Shown here: piece after piece, positions 13,589-21,194 of the stretch
Layout: each line of letters begins with the position of its first letter
Position numbering within the stretch: the stretch's first letter is position 1
Origin: a virus
Strand: one strand, 5' to 3'
Virus record (IMG/VR): IMGVR_UViG_3300045988_043105
Coordinates: 1-42,263 of that record
DNA: 42,263 bases
Notes under the pieces: generated by a model
What the model was told of the DNA's origin: nothing
Databases searched by the model: none
The model's input: only the letters and a program-made list of their open reading frames with translations
Program-made: the position numbers and the translations under genes

Positions 13589-14542
13589 ATGAAAGAAATC
13601 TACACCGTGTACAAGGACACACGCAACATGAGCCGCGCAGAATGGCTCGCGGCTCGAAAAGCCGGCATCGGTGGAAGTGATGCGGCCGCGATCATCGGCT
13701 TGAACCCGTTCTCATCGCCGCTCACGGTCTGGGCGGATAAGACCAGCGCGGATGAGCCGCAGGAAGAGAGCGAGAGCGAGGCGATCTGGCTTGGCAACGT
13801 ACTTGAAGATCACGTCGCGAGGCGATACGCCGAAGAGAGCGGTCTGAACATCGTCAGATGCAATCAGATGATGCGGAGTATTGAGCATCCCTACATGCTG
13901 GCGAACATCGACCGACGCGTCAAGGGCAAGCGGATCGGCGTTGAGATCAAGACGACATCCTCTTTTACGAAGACCGATTTTGCCGGAGGGGATATCAATC
14001 CCTGGTACTACGCACAGTGCATGCACTACCTTGCAGTCACGGGCTGGGATGAATGGAAGCTCGTGGTTCTGGTCATCGGTCGTGGAATGTATACATACAG
14101 CTTCAAGCGTAAGGAGAACGAAGACCAGATCAAGGCGCTCATCTCCGCCGAGGATTTCTTTTGGCGTGAGTACGTCGAGCAAGGCAAATGCCCGCCCGTT
14201 GACGGAAGCAAGGCGGCGGATGAAATCCTAGCCAAGCGTTATCCCGTATCTGACGGCTCGACCATCACGCTTGACTGCGACGATGCAATCAGTCAGTACA
14301 TGACGCTGACGAGCAAAATCAAAGAGCTTGAGGGGGACAAAGCCCTGTATGAGCAGCGCATCAAGGAGTGCATGGGCGAATCTGAGCGCGGAGAAAGCGC
14401 GAATTACATCGTAAGTTGGAAAAACAGCAGCCCGCGAAAGACCATTGACACCAAGCGGCTCACGGAAGAGCACCCCGAAATCGTTGACAGATACATTAAG
14501 ATTGGCGCACCTACGCGCCGGTTCATGGTCAAGGAGGCATAA
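13589..14542 (+). CDS. YqaJ-like viral recombinase exonuclease (PD-(D/E)XK)
   Basis: EWLAARKAGIGGSDAAAIIGLNPFSSPLTVW and GVEIKTTS motifs. It sits directly upstream of recT. Confidence 0.85.
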   Translation: MKEIYTVYKDTRNMSRAEWLAARKAGIGGSDAAAIIGLNPFSSPLTVWADKTSADEPQEESESEAIWLGNVLEDHVARRYAEESGLNIVRCNQMMRSIEHPYMLANIDRRVKGKRIGVEIKTTSSFTKTDFAGGDINPWYYAQCMHYLAVTGWDEWKLVVLVIGRGMYTYSFKRKENEDQIKALISAEDFFWREYVEQGKCPPVDGSKAADEILAKRYPVSDGSTITLDCDDAISQYMTLTSKIKELEGDKALYEQRIKECMGESERGESANYIVSWKNSSPRKTIDTKRLTEEHPEIVDRYIKIGAPTRRFMVKEA

Positions 14543-14545
14543 AAG

Positions 14546-15472
14546 ATGGAAAGACAGGCAAGGAACACGGCGGGAATCATCACAAACGCAACCGCCAGCC
14601 GCGCACCAGTCGCGGCGACTACGACCGCGCCCGTTGCGGCGCGAACCGTCAACCAAATTCTGAATGGCATGTTCGATTCCGAGGGCTACAAAAAACGCCT
14701 GAACGATTTGCTGGGCGATCGAGCGCCGCAATTTATCTCGGCGGTCATCACGCTTTGCAATGCGGATGCAAACCTGACGGCGGCGGTTCGTCAAGCCCCT
14801 CAGACGGTCATTCAGGCGGCGCTCAAAGCCGCAAGCTATGACCTTCCGGTCGATAACGCGCTCGGATTTGCGTACATCGTACCATTTAATAATAGCAAAA
14901 AGATGGACGATGGGAGCTGGATCAAGATTCCGGAAGCGCAGTTCATTCTCGGCTACAAAGGCATGATTCAGCTTGCGCTCAGAACCGGGGCATACAAGCG
15001 GCTGAACGTCATGGATGTGCGTGAAGGAGAGCTGATCTCCTGCGACAGGTTGACAGAAGACTTCGAGTTCCGCTGGGAACAGGACGAGGCGGAGCGTGAG
15101 AAACTGCCGATCATCGGCTATGTCGGCTACTATCGCCTTGTGAATGGCACGGAGAAAACGGTGTACATGAGCGTTCAGCAGATCGAGGCGCACGAAGCGA
15201 AGAACCGCAAGGGAAAGAATCAGGGCAAAGGATGGCGCGACGATTGGGACGCTATGGCGCGAAAAACCGTCATGCGCCGCTTGCTCGGACGCTGGGGCGT
15301 TATGTCCATCGACTACAAGAGCGCATCGCCCGCCGCGCTGAAAGCGGCGCATGATATAAGCGCGGGGCTGGTCGATGATGAATCTCCGTTGCCTGACGGC
15401 ATCTTAGATGTAACAGACACAGGAGCAGCACATGACGCGCCGGAGAACGCGCCCGAAGACAAGGAACAATAA
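14546..15472 (+). CDS. recT: RecT-family single-strand annealing protein
   Basis: AAGGAGG RBS. LGFAYIVPFNN...FILGYKGMIQLALRTGAYK is a RecT core. Confidence 0.85.
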   Translation: MERQARNTAGIITNATASRAPVAATTTAPVAARTVNQILNGMFDSEGYKKRLNDLLGDRAPQFISAVITLCNADANLTAAVRQAPQTVIQAALKAASYDLPVDNALGFAYIVPFNNSKKMDDGSWIKIPEAQFILGYKGMIQLALRTGAYKRLNVMDVREGELISCDRLTEDFEFRWEQDEAEREKLPIIGYVGYYRLVNGTEKTVYMSVQQIEAHEAKNRKGKNQGKGWRDDWDAMARKTVMRRLLGRWGVMSIDYKSASPAALKAAHDISAGLVDDESPLPDGILDVTDTGAAHDAPENAPEDKEQ

Positions 15473-15500
15473 AAACCGCAAGGGTTAAACCCTTGCACAT

Positions 15501-15579
15501 GGCGGTCAGCTCAGGGAGCAGCCTGTCTTGCGGGTAGCAGCGCGGGCGGGCAGGGGTGGCTCGATACCACCGACCACCA
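15501..15579 (+). ncRNA. tRNA-like module A (non-canonical; degenerate tRNA or mimic)
   Basis: The acceptor GGCGGTC/GACCACC pairs at 6 of 7 positions. D-arm-like AGCTCAGGGAGC, T-arm GGTGG-CTCGATA-CCACC, discriminator A. The anticodon region is expanded to 19-23 nt. Confidence 0.35.
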
Positions 15580-15787
15580 AGCAGAAGTGTTAAAGCATGT
15601 CACTCTTTATCCAACGACCGCGCCGAAGAGAAAGGCGGCGCAATGCCACACAAAAACCGAATAAAGCAAATTCATACTGGCGGCTCGGAAAGACGAGCAA
15701 CACCATTTTTTCGACGGCGGGAAAGACCGCGAAATAAAAATCATCATTTCCAAATGGTTCGCCGCTGGGTCAAACCAGCGGCAACAC

Positions 15788-15921
15788 GGCAAGCATGGAA
15801 GGCATAGCGCGGGTGCAACACCCCCCCTATTCGTCAAGGTTTCTTCCTTTTCTTCCCTTCTCAAACAAGATTGACGCGAAGCACCTTGCCCACGCGCCCG
15901 GTTCAAATCCGGGGCTTGCCA
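15788..15921 (+). ncRNA. tRNA-like module B (134 nt; acceptor + T-arm with expanded inner domains)
   Basis: GGCAAGC/GCTTGCC pairs 7 of 7. T-arm CCCGG-TTCAAAT-CCGGG, discriminator A, no encoded CCA. The inner helix CAAGGT/ACCTTG encloses a 42-nt pyrimidine-rich loop. Confidence 0.4.
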
Positions 15922-15951
15922 CAATCTAAAAACCACGAAAGGAGACGTAAA

Positions 15952-16722
15952 ATGTTGGATTACCTGAAGGTATTCCCGGACATTGAGATCCTTATCAAAC
16001 GATATGATGAAGCACAGTGTGGGCGGTTATTTATGGCCATGATGGCTTACGCATACCGCCAAGAGTTGCCGACGTTTGAGGAGGACGCGCCTGAATGGTA
16101 TGTCTGGGAGTATATCCAATATAAGATTGACCAGTGTGCAGAATCGCTTGAAACCAAGCGGGCAAGCGGTAAAAAGGGCGGAAGCGTCAAGCAGACCGAA
16201 GCAGACGAAAGCACATCGAAGCAAACGCAAGCAGAAGCAAGCGAAGTCAAGCAGACCGAAGCAGACGAAAGCAAAACCGACATATATAAGAATAAGAATA
16301 TGAATAAGAATAAGAATAAGAATAAGAGTAGTAGTAGTGGTTACGTACCCCCTACCCCCTATGACGACCTCGACGACGACGAACTGCGGCGACTGCGGCA
16401 GGAACAGCAGGACGTGGAAACAGCGGCAAAGCGCGTCGGGCTGCCCGTCAGCGCGATGAGCGACTATGACACCATGGACAACCTGCGGGCAGAACATGGA
16501 GCGGACAACCTGATCAAGGCAATCAACAGGATTCAGGGCGCGGCGGAGAAATGCCGAAGTTGGAGGTATGTCGGCGGGATTCTGCGGAAGGAGAAGTCCG
16601 CTGGGTACACATGGGCAGAGAGAGCGACTGAGAGCGGCGGCGGAACGGCGGGAGATGCAGAGGTGCTGACCCGCAACCCGTTCGCGCTGCAATCGCTTAA
16701 ATGCAGGGAGGGTGTCACGTGA
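15952..16722 (+). CDS. Replication initiator-like protein (phage N-terminal domain + low-complexity linker + DnaD-like C-terminal domain)
   Basis: AAAGGAGA RBS before ATG 15952. The C-terminus LIKAINRIQGAAEKCRSWRYVGGILRK is DnaD/DnaB_2-like. Confidence 0.65.
   Translation: MLDYLKVFPDIEILIKRYDEAQCGRLFMAMMAYAYRQELPTFEEDAPEWYVWEYIQYKIDQCAESLETKRASGKKGGSVKQTEADESTSKQTQAEASEVKQTEADESKTDIYKNKNMNKNKNKNKSSSSGYVPPTPYDDLDDDELRRLRQEQQDVETAAKRVGLPVSAMSDYDTMDNLRAEHGADNLIKAINRIQGAAEKCRSWRYVGGILRKEKSAGYTWAERATESGGGTAGDAEVLTRNPFALQSLKCREGVT
16186..16340 (+). repeat. Repeats inside the initiator gene: two 28-bp direct repeats 60 bp apart plus an AT-rich (AAGAAT)n and (AGT)4 tract
   Basis: gtcaagcagaccgaagcagacgaaagca occurs at 16186-16213 and 16246-16273. 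aagaataagaatatgaataagaataagaataagaataag spans 16288-16326. Confidence 0.85.
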
Positions 16723-17396
16723 CCTTTACAGAGATGAGCGACGTTCTGGCAATTATCGGCGCGGTTTATCCGCGATTCTATGCCAACCTGAGTGAGAACG
16801 ACGTCAAGGCGATGACCAACGTATGGCTCAGTTTCTTCGCTGACGACGACGCAAGCCTTGTCAGCGACGCGGTCAAGACGTTTATTGCAAACGACACCAA
16901 GGGCTTTCCGCCTGTGGTCGGGCAAATCCGTGAAAAGCTGGACGTCATCAACCAAGCCGTTCACGGCTTTGAGCTGACCCCGCAGAACGCTTGGGGGCTG
17001 GTCAAAAAAGCCCTGAAGGACAGCGCGTATCACAGCGCAGAGCGGTTTGCCGAGCTGCCGGAAGTGGTGCAGGAGGTCGTCGGATCGCCGAGCCAGCTGT
17101 ACGAGTGGGCAGTCAGCAATGACGGCGTGAGCGAGAGCGTCATTGCAAGCAATTTTCAACGCAGTTTCGCGGCGCGGGCTGCCGTACACAAGGAGATTCG
17201 CATGATGCCGGGCGACGTGCGGGCGAGGATCGACGCGGACAGACAGATGATTGCCGGAGGGCGAGACGCGCCGATGTTGCAAGCCGCAAGCGACGATATG
17301 GACGAGTACGCGAAACAGCTGCGGGAGATGACGCCGGATGAGCGGCACAGATACTTCGAGAGCATCGTGGTCAATCTGGACGACGTGGAGGGATAG
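16719..17396 (+). CDS. Helicase loader/inhibitor-like protein (SPP1 G39P N-terminal-domain type)
   Basis: GGGAGGG RBS and a GTGA overlap. AIIGAVYPRFYANLSENDVKAMTNVWLSFFADDD...GFPPVVGQIREKL fits the G39P-like pattern. Confidence 0.6.
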   Translation: MTFTEMSDVLAIIGAVYPRFYANLSENDVKAMTNVWLSFFADDDASLVSDAVKTFIANDTKGFPPVVGQIREKLDVINQAVHGFELTPQNAWGLVKKALKDSAYHSAERFAELPEVVQEVVGSPSQLYEWAVSNDGVSESVIASNFQRSFAARAAVHKEIRMMPGDVRARIDADRQMIAGGRDAPMLQAASDDMDEYAKQLREMTPDERHRYFESIVVNLDDVEG

Positions 17397-17398
17397 CA

Positions 17399-17836
17399 TT
17401 GATTTCAGGCAAAAACGCGCTGACCTGCTATTCTGTCGGCTTAAAGGACGCGCCGGAGAGAATGTGCGAGGTTTGCGGCAAGACGTTCCGGGCGGGAGAG
17501 CAGTACGCATACAAGCTGTGGAGCAGCGCGGCACACAAAAAGCACGACTGGTATTGCAGCTATACCTGCTATCGGACAGTGACCAAGCCGCTGGAGGAAC
17601 GGCAAAAAGCGCGATTTGAAAGCATTCAGCGCGACGCAGTTGAATCTGAGAAGCGGCGCAGGGAGTATGCGCGGGTACTATACCAGCGGCAAAAGAAGCG
17701 TAAGCAGTGGCAGACTAAAGCTGCGAAGGAGCACGAGCAGAAGCAGAACGAGACCATAGCACAGATGATTGCGCGGATGAAGCGGGAATCGGAGCGGCGA
17801 AAGGGGCGAGCGCGTGAAAAAGCAAGTACCGACTGA
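17399..17836 (+). CDS. Zinc-ribbon protein with a Lys/Arg/Glu-rich helical tail
   Basis: GGAGGGA RBS before TTG 17399. CEVCGK...YCSYTCY. Confidence 0.55.
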   Translation: MISGKNALTCYSVGLKDAPERMCEVCGKTFRAGEQYAYKLWSSAAHKKHDWYCSYTCYRTVTKPLEERQKARFESIQRDAVESEKRRREYARVLYQRQKKRKQWQTKAAKEHEQKQNETIAQMIARMKRESERRKGRAREKASTD

Positions 17837-18188
17837 ATCTGAAGAGCAGCAGACCCTTTTCCGCTGGGCGGCGATGCAGAGCGTGAAATACCCCGAGCTG
17901 GCGCTGATGTTCCACATTCCCAACGAAGGAAAGCGAAGCTGGATGACGGGCGGCAGGATGAAGGCTGAGGGGCTGAAAAGCGGAGTGCCTGACATCTTCC
18001 TGCCTGTTCCGCGTGGCGAGTTTCACGGGCTTTTTGTCGAGATGAAGCGGACGAAGGGCGGCACGGTCAGCGATTGTCAAAAGCTATGGCTGCATGACTT
18101 GCAAAAACAAGGCTATTGCGCGGCGGTGTGCCGGGGATGGTGCGAAGCTGCGGAATGTATAAAAAAATACTTGGAGGGAAAAGCATGA
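17814..18188 (+). CDS. VRR-NUC domain nuclease
   Basis: SEEQQTLFRWA...IPNEGKRS...GVPDIFLP...FVEMKRTKGGTVSDCQKLWLHDLQKQGY is the VRR-NUC pattern. Confidence 0.8.
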   Translation: MKKQVPTESEEQQTLFRWAAMQSVKYPELALMFHIPNEGKRSWMTGGRMKAEGLKSGVPDIFLPVPRGEFHGLFVEMKRTKGGTVSDCQKLWLHDLQKQGYCAAVCRGWCEAAECIKKYLEGKA

Positions 18189-18643
18189 ACAAGGTTTTTC
18201 TGATCGGCAATTTGACGAAAGACCCGGAGATGCGATCCACGCAATCCGGCGTTGCGGTCTGCAACTTCACGATTGCGGTAAATCGCCGCTTTCGTAACCA
18301 GCAGACCGGTCAGCAGGAAACGGATTTCCTGAACGTCATCGCGTGGCGGCAGTTGGCTGAGCTGTGCAGCAAGTATCTTGCCAAAGGGCGCAAGGTAGCC
18401 GTGGCGGGAAGCATCCAGACCCGAACCTACGAGGCAAAGGACGGAAGCAAGCGGACGGCGTGGGATGTCGTCGCCGACGAGGTGGAGTTTCTGACGACGC
18501 AGAACCAGCAGAGCAGCACACAGAGCGCGCCGGGGGCATACGCGACGGCGGCGAACAAAGACAGCGGGACGGCCTATGCGCCACAACCGCACAACGATTT
18601 TGGCGGATTTACGCAGGCAGACGACGAAGAATTGCCGTTTTGA
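18185..18643 (+). CDS. ssb: Single-stranded DNA-binding protein
   Basis: MNKVFLIGNLTKDPEMRSTQSGVAVCNFTIAVNR...DFLNVIAWRQLAE, with an acidic tail DDEELPF. Confidence 0.92.
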   Translation: MNKVFLIGNLTKDPEMRSTQSGVAVCNFTIAVNRRFRNQQTGQQETDFLNVIAWRQLAELCSKYLAKGRKVAVAGSIQTRTYEAKDGSKRTAWDVVADEVEFLTTQNQQSSTQSAPGAYATAANKDSGTAYAPQPHNDFGGFTQADDEELPF

Positions 18644-18657
18644 TAGGAGGTTCGAGT

Positions 18658-19086
18658 GTGAATAGCTGTTTATTTTCGAGCGCATCCGTCGAGTGGGCAA
18701 CGCCGCAGGCTCTTTTTGACGAGCTGGACGCGGAGTTCCGTTTCAACCTTGACCCGTGCTGCACACACGAGAACGCGAAATGCGCGGATCACTTTACCAA
18801 GGTGGAGGACGGTCTTTCCCAAAATTGGGGGGGTAAAAGGGTGTTTTGCAATCCGCCCTATGGGAGAGAGCTTCCGAAGTGGATCAGAAAAGCGCACGAC
18901 GAAGCACAGAAAGGCGCGCTGGTGGTGATGCTCATTCCTGCGCGGACGGACACACGAGCCTTTCACGACTACATTTATCATCAAGCAGAAATCAGGTTTT
19001 TGAAGGGGCGGATCAAGTTTGGCAATGCGAAAACCTCTGCGCCTTTTCCGTCGATGGTGGTTATTTTTAGAGGAGGATCGAGATGA
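18658..19086 (+). CDS. DNA N6-adenine methyltransferase (phage Dam family)
   Basis: AGGAGG RBS before GTG 18658. EWATPQALFDELDAEFRFNLDPC, the NPPYG motif and VMLIPARTDT. Confidence 0.8.
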   Translation: MNSCLFSSASVEWATPQALFDELDAEFRFNLDPCCTHENAKCADHFTKVEDGLSQNWGGKRVFCNPPYGRELPKWIRKAHDEAQKGALVVMLIPARTDTRAFHDYIYHQAEIRFLKGRIKFGNAKTSAPFPSMVVIFRGGSR

Positions 19087-19457
19087 ACGATTTGAACGAA
19101 TTGCGCGATGAAATCTACGATGACGCGGTGAAACACGGGCTGTGGGATGAGGACTATCTTCTGAAAACGTTGGTGAATAGCGATGTTGTGAGGGATTCTG
19201 GGCTTTTGCAGATTTACAAAATTGTAAATACCGAGCAAGAGATAAGACGAGTTCATGCAACGCTGCGCGTATTTATGGAGAATCAGGAGCTTTTAAAGTC
19301 GGTGCTTGACGAAGAAGAAGATTACTTCGTCGAAGAGCTGGCGGACGTCATCATCATGGCACTGTCTGCCGCCGGGTATCTGGGCATCGACATTGACAAG
19401 GCGATGCGGGCGAAGATGGAGATTAACCGAGGACGTGAATGGAGGCACGGAAAATGA
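19083..19457 (+). CDS. MazG-like nucleotide pyrophosphohydrolase
   Basis: EELADVIIMALSAAGYLGIDIDKAMRAKMEINRGR is a MazG-type helix pair. Confidence 0.7.
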   Translation: MNDLNELRDEIYDDAVKHGLWDEDYLLKTLVNSDVVRDSGLLQIYKIVNTEQEIRRVHATLRVFMENQELLKSVLDEEEDYFVEELADVIIMALSAAGYLGIDIDKAMRAKMEINRGREWRHGK

Positions 19458-20092
19458 AGGTGCTTGTAGCTTGCGAGGAATCGCAGGAGGTCTGCAAAGC
19501 ATTCCGCGCCAGAGGACATGAGGCATACTCGTGCGACATCCAAGAGCCGTCCGGCGGTCATCCCGAATGGCACATCCTCGGCGATGCGCTAAAGGCTGTC
19601 GAGGGTGGGCAAGTGGTGACGATGGATGGACAAACGCATGAGGTGGGCAAGTGGGATTTGTTGATTGCGCATCCGCCGTGTACACATTTGTCTGTTTCTG
19701 GCGCGAGATGGTTTGCGGAAGGGAAGAAACCACTATACCTGAGATATGAAGCGGCAGCGTTTTTCATGCGGTTTGTCGAATGTGATGTGCCGAAAATAGC
19801 AGTGGAAAATCCTGTGAGCGTAATGTCTACGCTGTACAGAAAGGCAGACCAGGTTATCCACCCGTGGCAGTTTGGACATCCGGAAGAGAAAAGCACTTGC
19901 CTGTGGTTGAAAGGGCTTCCTATGCTGGAAGAAACGGAAAACGTAAAAAAGGAGTTCCTGGCAAAGCCAAAACGCGAACAAGAGAGACTGTATCGGCTTT
20001 CGCCTGGAAAGGATAGAGCGAAGATTCGAAGTAAAACATTCCCCGGAATCGCAAAGGCAATGGCGGAACAGTGGGGAGGAAATGACCGATGA
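19454..20092 (+). CDS. Short C5-cytosine-methyltransferase-like protein (PPC and ENP motifs; motif I not canonical)
   Basis: ATGA overlap with the previous gene. LLIAHPPCTHLSVSG matches motif IV and IAVENPVS matches motif VI. The N-terminus VLVACEESQEV replaces FxGxG. Only 212 aa, with no obvious TRD. Confidence 0.6.
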   Translation: MKVLVACEESQEVCKAFRARGHEAYSCDIQEPSGGHPEWHILGDALKAVEGGQVVTMDGQTHEVGKWDLLIAHPPCTHLSVSGARWFAEGKKPLYLRYEAAAFFMRFVECDVPKIAVENPVSVMSTLYRKADQVIHPWQFGHPEEKSTCLWLKGLPMLEETENVKKEFLAKPKREQERLYRLSPGKDRAKIRSKTFPGIAKAMAEQWGGNDR

Positions 20093-20715
20093 AATGTAAA
20101 TGGTACGCCGAATTTGAAGGTGTCTGCACTAATGGCGAGTGTCCGTATCGCGGCGATACATGCCCGACGAGCGAACACCCGGAGGTATGCAAATACGCCG
20201 AATATGCCGAAAAGCAGCCCGAAATTCCGAGGTTGAGTGTAGCAGAGTTGGTAAAGTCGCTTAGGCTATGCGATAGCGCGAGTTGCACAGGTTGCGCACT
20301 TTATGGGTTTTACGACTGCGGCAGCATCATAAATCCGCAAGCCGCCGACATGCTGGAAAAGCTGGCGGCGGAGAAGGGCACGCAGAAGCCGGAGTGGATC
20401 AGCGTCAAGGGCGAAGACGAGTTGCCGAAGAACGAGCAGGAAGTCCTTATCTACTGTAACCGGGGTGGTTTCCGGTTTGTTTGCCCGGCTATCTACGAGG
20501 ATGGAACGATGCTGACACAGGATAGCAGATGGAACTGGAACGACATAGAGGAGTACGGCACTTATAGCGAAGAAAATGATGATTATTTCGTTCCAAAAGG
20601 CTGGTGGGAGAATAGACAATTTACCCCGGACGATGTGTATAACTGCCCAGTAGACTGTGAAGTTACTCACTGGATGCCGCTCCCCAAACCGCCGAAGGAG
20701 GAAACCAATGATTAA
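20089..20715 (+). CDS. Cys-rich N-terminal domain + DUF551-type C-terminal domain protein
   Basis: WISVKGEDELPKNEQEVLIY...VTHWMPLPKPP is the DUF551 signature. Confidence 0.7.
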   Translation: MKCKWYAEFEGVCTNGECPYRGDTCPTSEHPEVCKYAEYAEKQPEIPRLSVAELVKSLRLCDSASCTGCALYGFYDCGSIINPQAADMLEKLAAEKGTQKPEWISVKGEDELPKNEQEVLIYCNRGGFRFVCPAIYEDGTMLTQDSRWNWNDIEEYGTYSEENDDYFVPKGWWENRQFTPDDVYNCPVDCEVTHWMPLPKPPKEETND

Positions 20716-20974
20716 GATCACCAACACCAAGGACTTCGGCTTTGTCTGCATCTGCGCGGTGCGCTACTGTCTGGGGCGGCGCACCTACGCGCCGGCGGCT
20801 GTGATGGGCTTTATCAAGCCGCTTTTGTCAACGCTGGACGACAAGACGCTGTATGTGATGGCACGGGATATTGCCGAGGCTGACAATCTGGGAGACACGG
20901 AGATTGACGTACCAATGTGGACGGAGTTTCTGGCGGAGATCGAGGAGGAGCGGAAACGGGAGGAAGAACGATGA
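20708..20974 (+). CDS. Conserved phage protein (RYCLGRRTY motif family), 88 aa
   Basis: GAAGGAGGA RBS before ATG 20708. CAVRYCLGRRTYAP is a motif common in phage early/middle regions. Confidence 0.6.
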   Translation: MIKITNTKDFGFVCICAVRYCLGRRTYAPAAVMGFIKPLLSTLDDKTLYVMARDIAEADNLGDTEIDVPMWTEFLAEIEEERKREEER

Positions 20975-21165
20975 AAACGCCTGACGAGATCAAGAAAGCC
21001 CTTGAGTGTCACAAAGATGGAAGGTCGTGTCACGATTGCCCCTATGAGCAGGGGCGGACGTTCAGCGTTGACGGCGTGACCTTTGGCTGTTCGCATGATA
21101 TTGTCGCTGACGCGCTCGCCTACATCGAGCAACTTGAGAACCGCGTAAAAACCGATAAGGAATAA
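20971..21165 (+). CDS. Small Cys-containing phage protein (64 aa)
   Basis: ATGA overlap. IKKALECHKDGRSCHDCPYEQG...DALAYIEQLE. Confidence 0.55.
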   Translation: MKTPDEIKKALECHKDGRSCHDCPYEQGRTFSVDGVTFGCSHDIVADALAYIEQLENRVKTDKE

Positions 21166-21194
21166 TATAGAAAGTAAAAGTCAGGAGGAAAATT

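Larger units (their letters stand above)
15473..15951 (+). ncRNA. ORF-free, hairpin-dense intergenic region: candidate structured RNA(s) and/or origin
   Basis: Hairpins at 15478-15496, 15620-15641, 15683-15698 and 15717-15730 (these last two have GAAAGA loops) and 15761-15782 (8 bp). Two tRNA-like closures are listed separately below. Confidence 0.4.

Noticed and set aside
14228-15352. 374-aa minus-strand ORF antisense to yqaJ/recT. Similar long antisense ORFs lie at 31052-32197, 16533-17534, 3564-4442, 8369-9145, 29299-29841 and 35852-36469.
   Set aside because: They lie fully opposite well-supported + strand genes, lack RBSs and have Arg/Ser/Leu/Cys-heavy composition. These are typical shadow ORFs of GC-rich coding DNA.
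15556-15807. 83-aa Arg/Lys-rich + strand ORF (and the 109-aa antisense ORF 15607-15936) inside the recT-to-initiator gap.
   Set aside because: It has no convincing RBS (only a weak AAAGG before the internal ATG 15643) and extreme basic composition, and it runs through stable GC-rich hairpins. It is kept as the alternative hypothesis in the ncRNA finding.
15501-15921. Calling canonical tRNA genes or a tmRNA in the intergenic region.
   Set aside because: The acceptor and T-arm pair well, but no normal D-arm or 7-nt anticodon loop can be drawn and the lengths (79 and 134 nt) do not fit. There is no tmRNA-like tag ORF ending in a hydrophobic tail and no pseudoknot pattern I recognise. It is therefore reported only as tRNA-like.
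16281-16340. Possible CRISPR or minisatellite element from the AAGAAT repeats.
   Set aside because: The units are only 6 nt with no spacers, they are in frame within a gene (encoding a KN-rich linker), and no cas genes are present. It is treated as an intragenic microsatellite or origin candidate instead.
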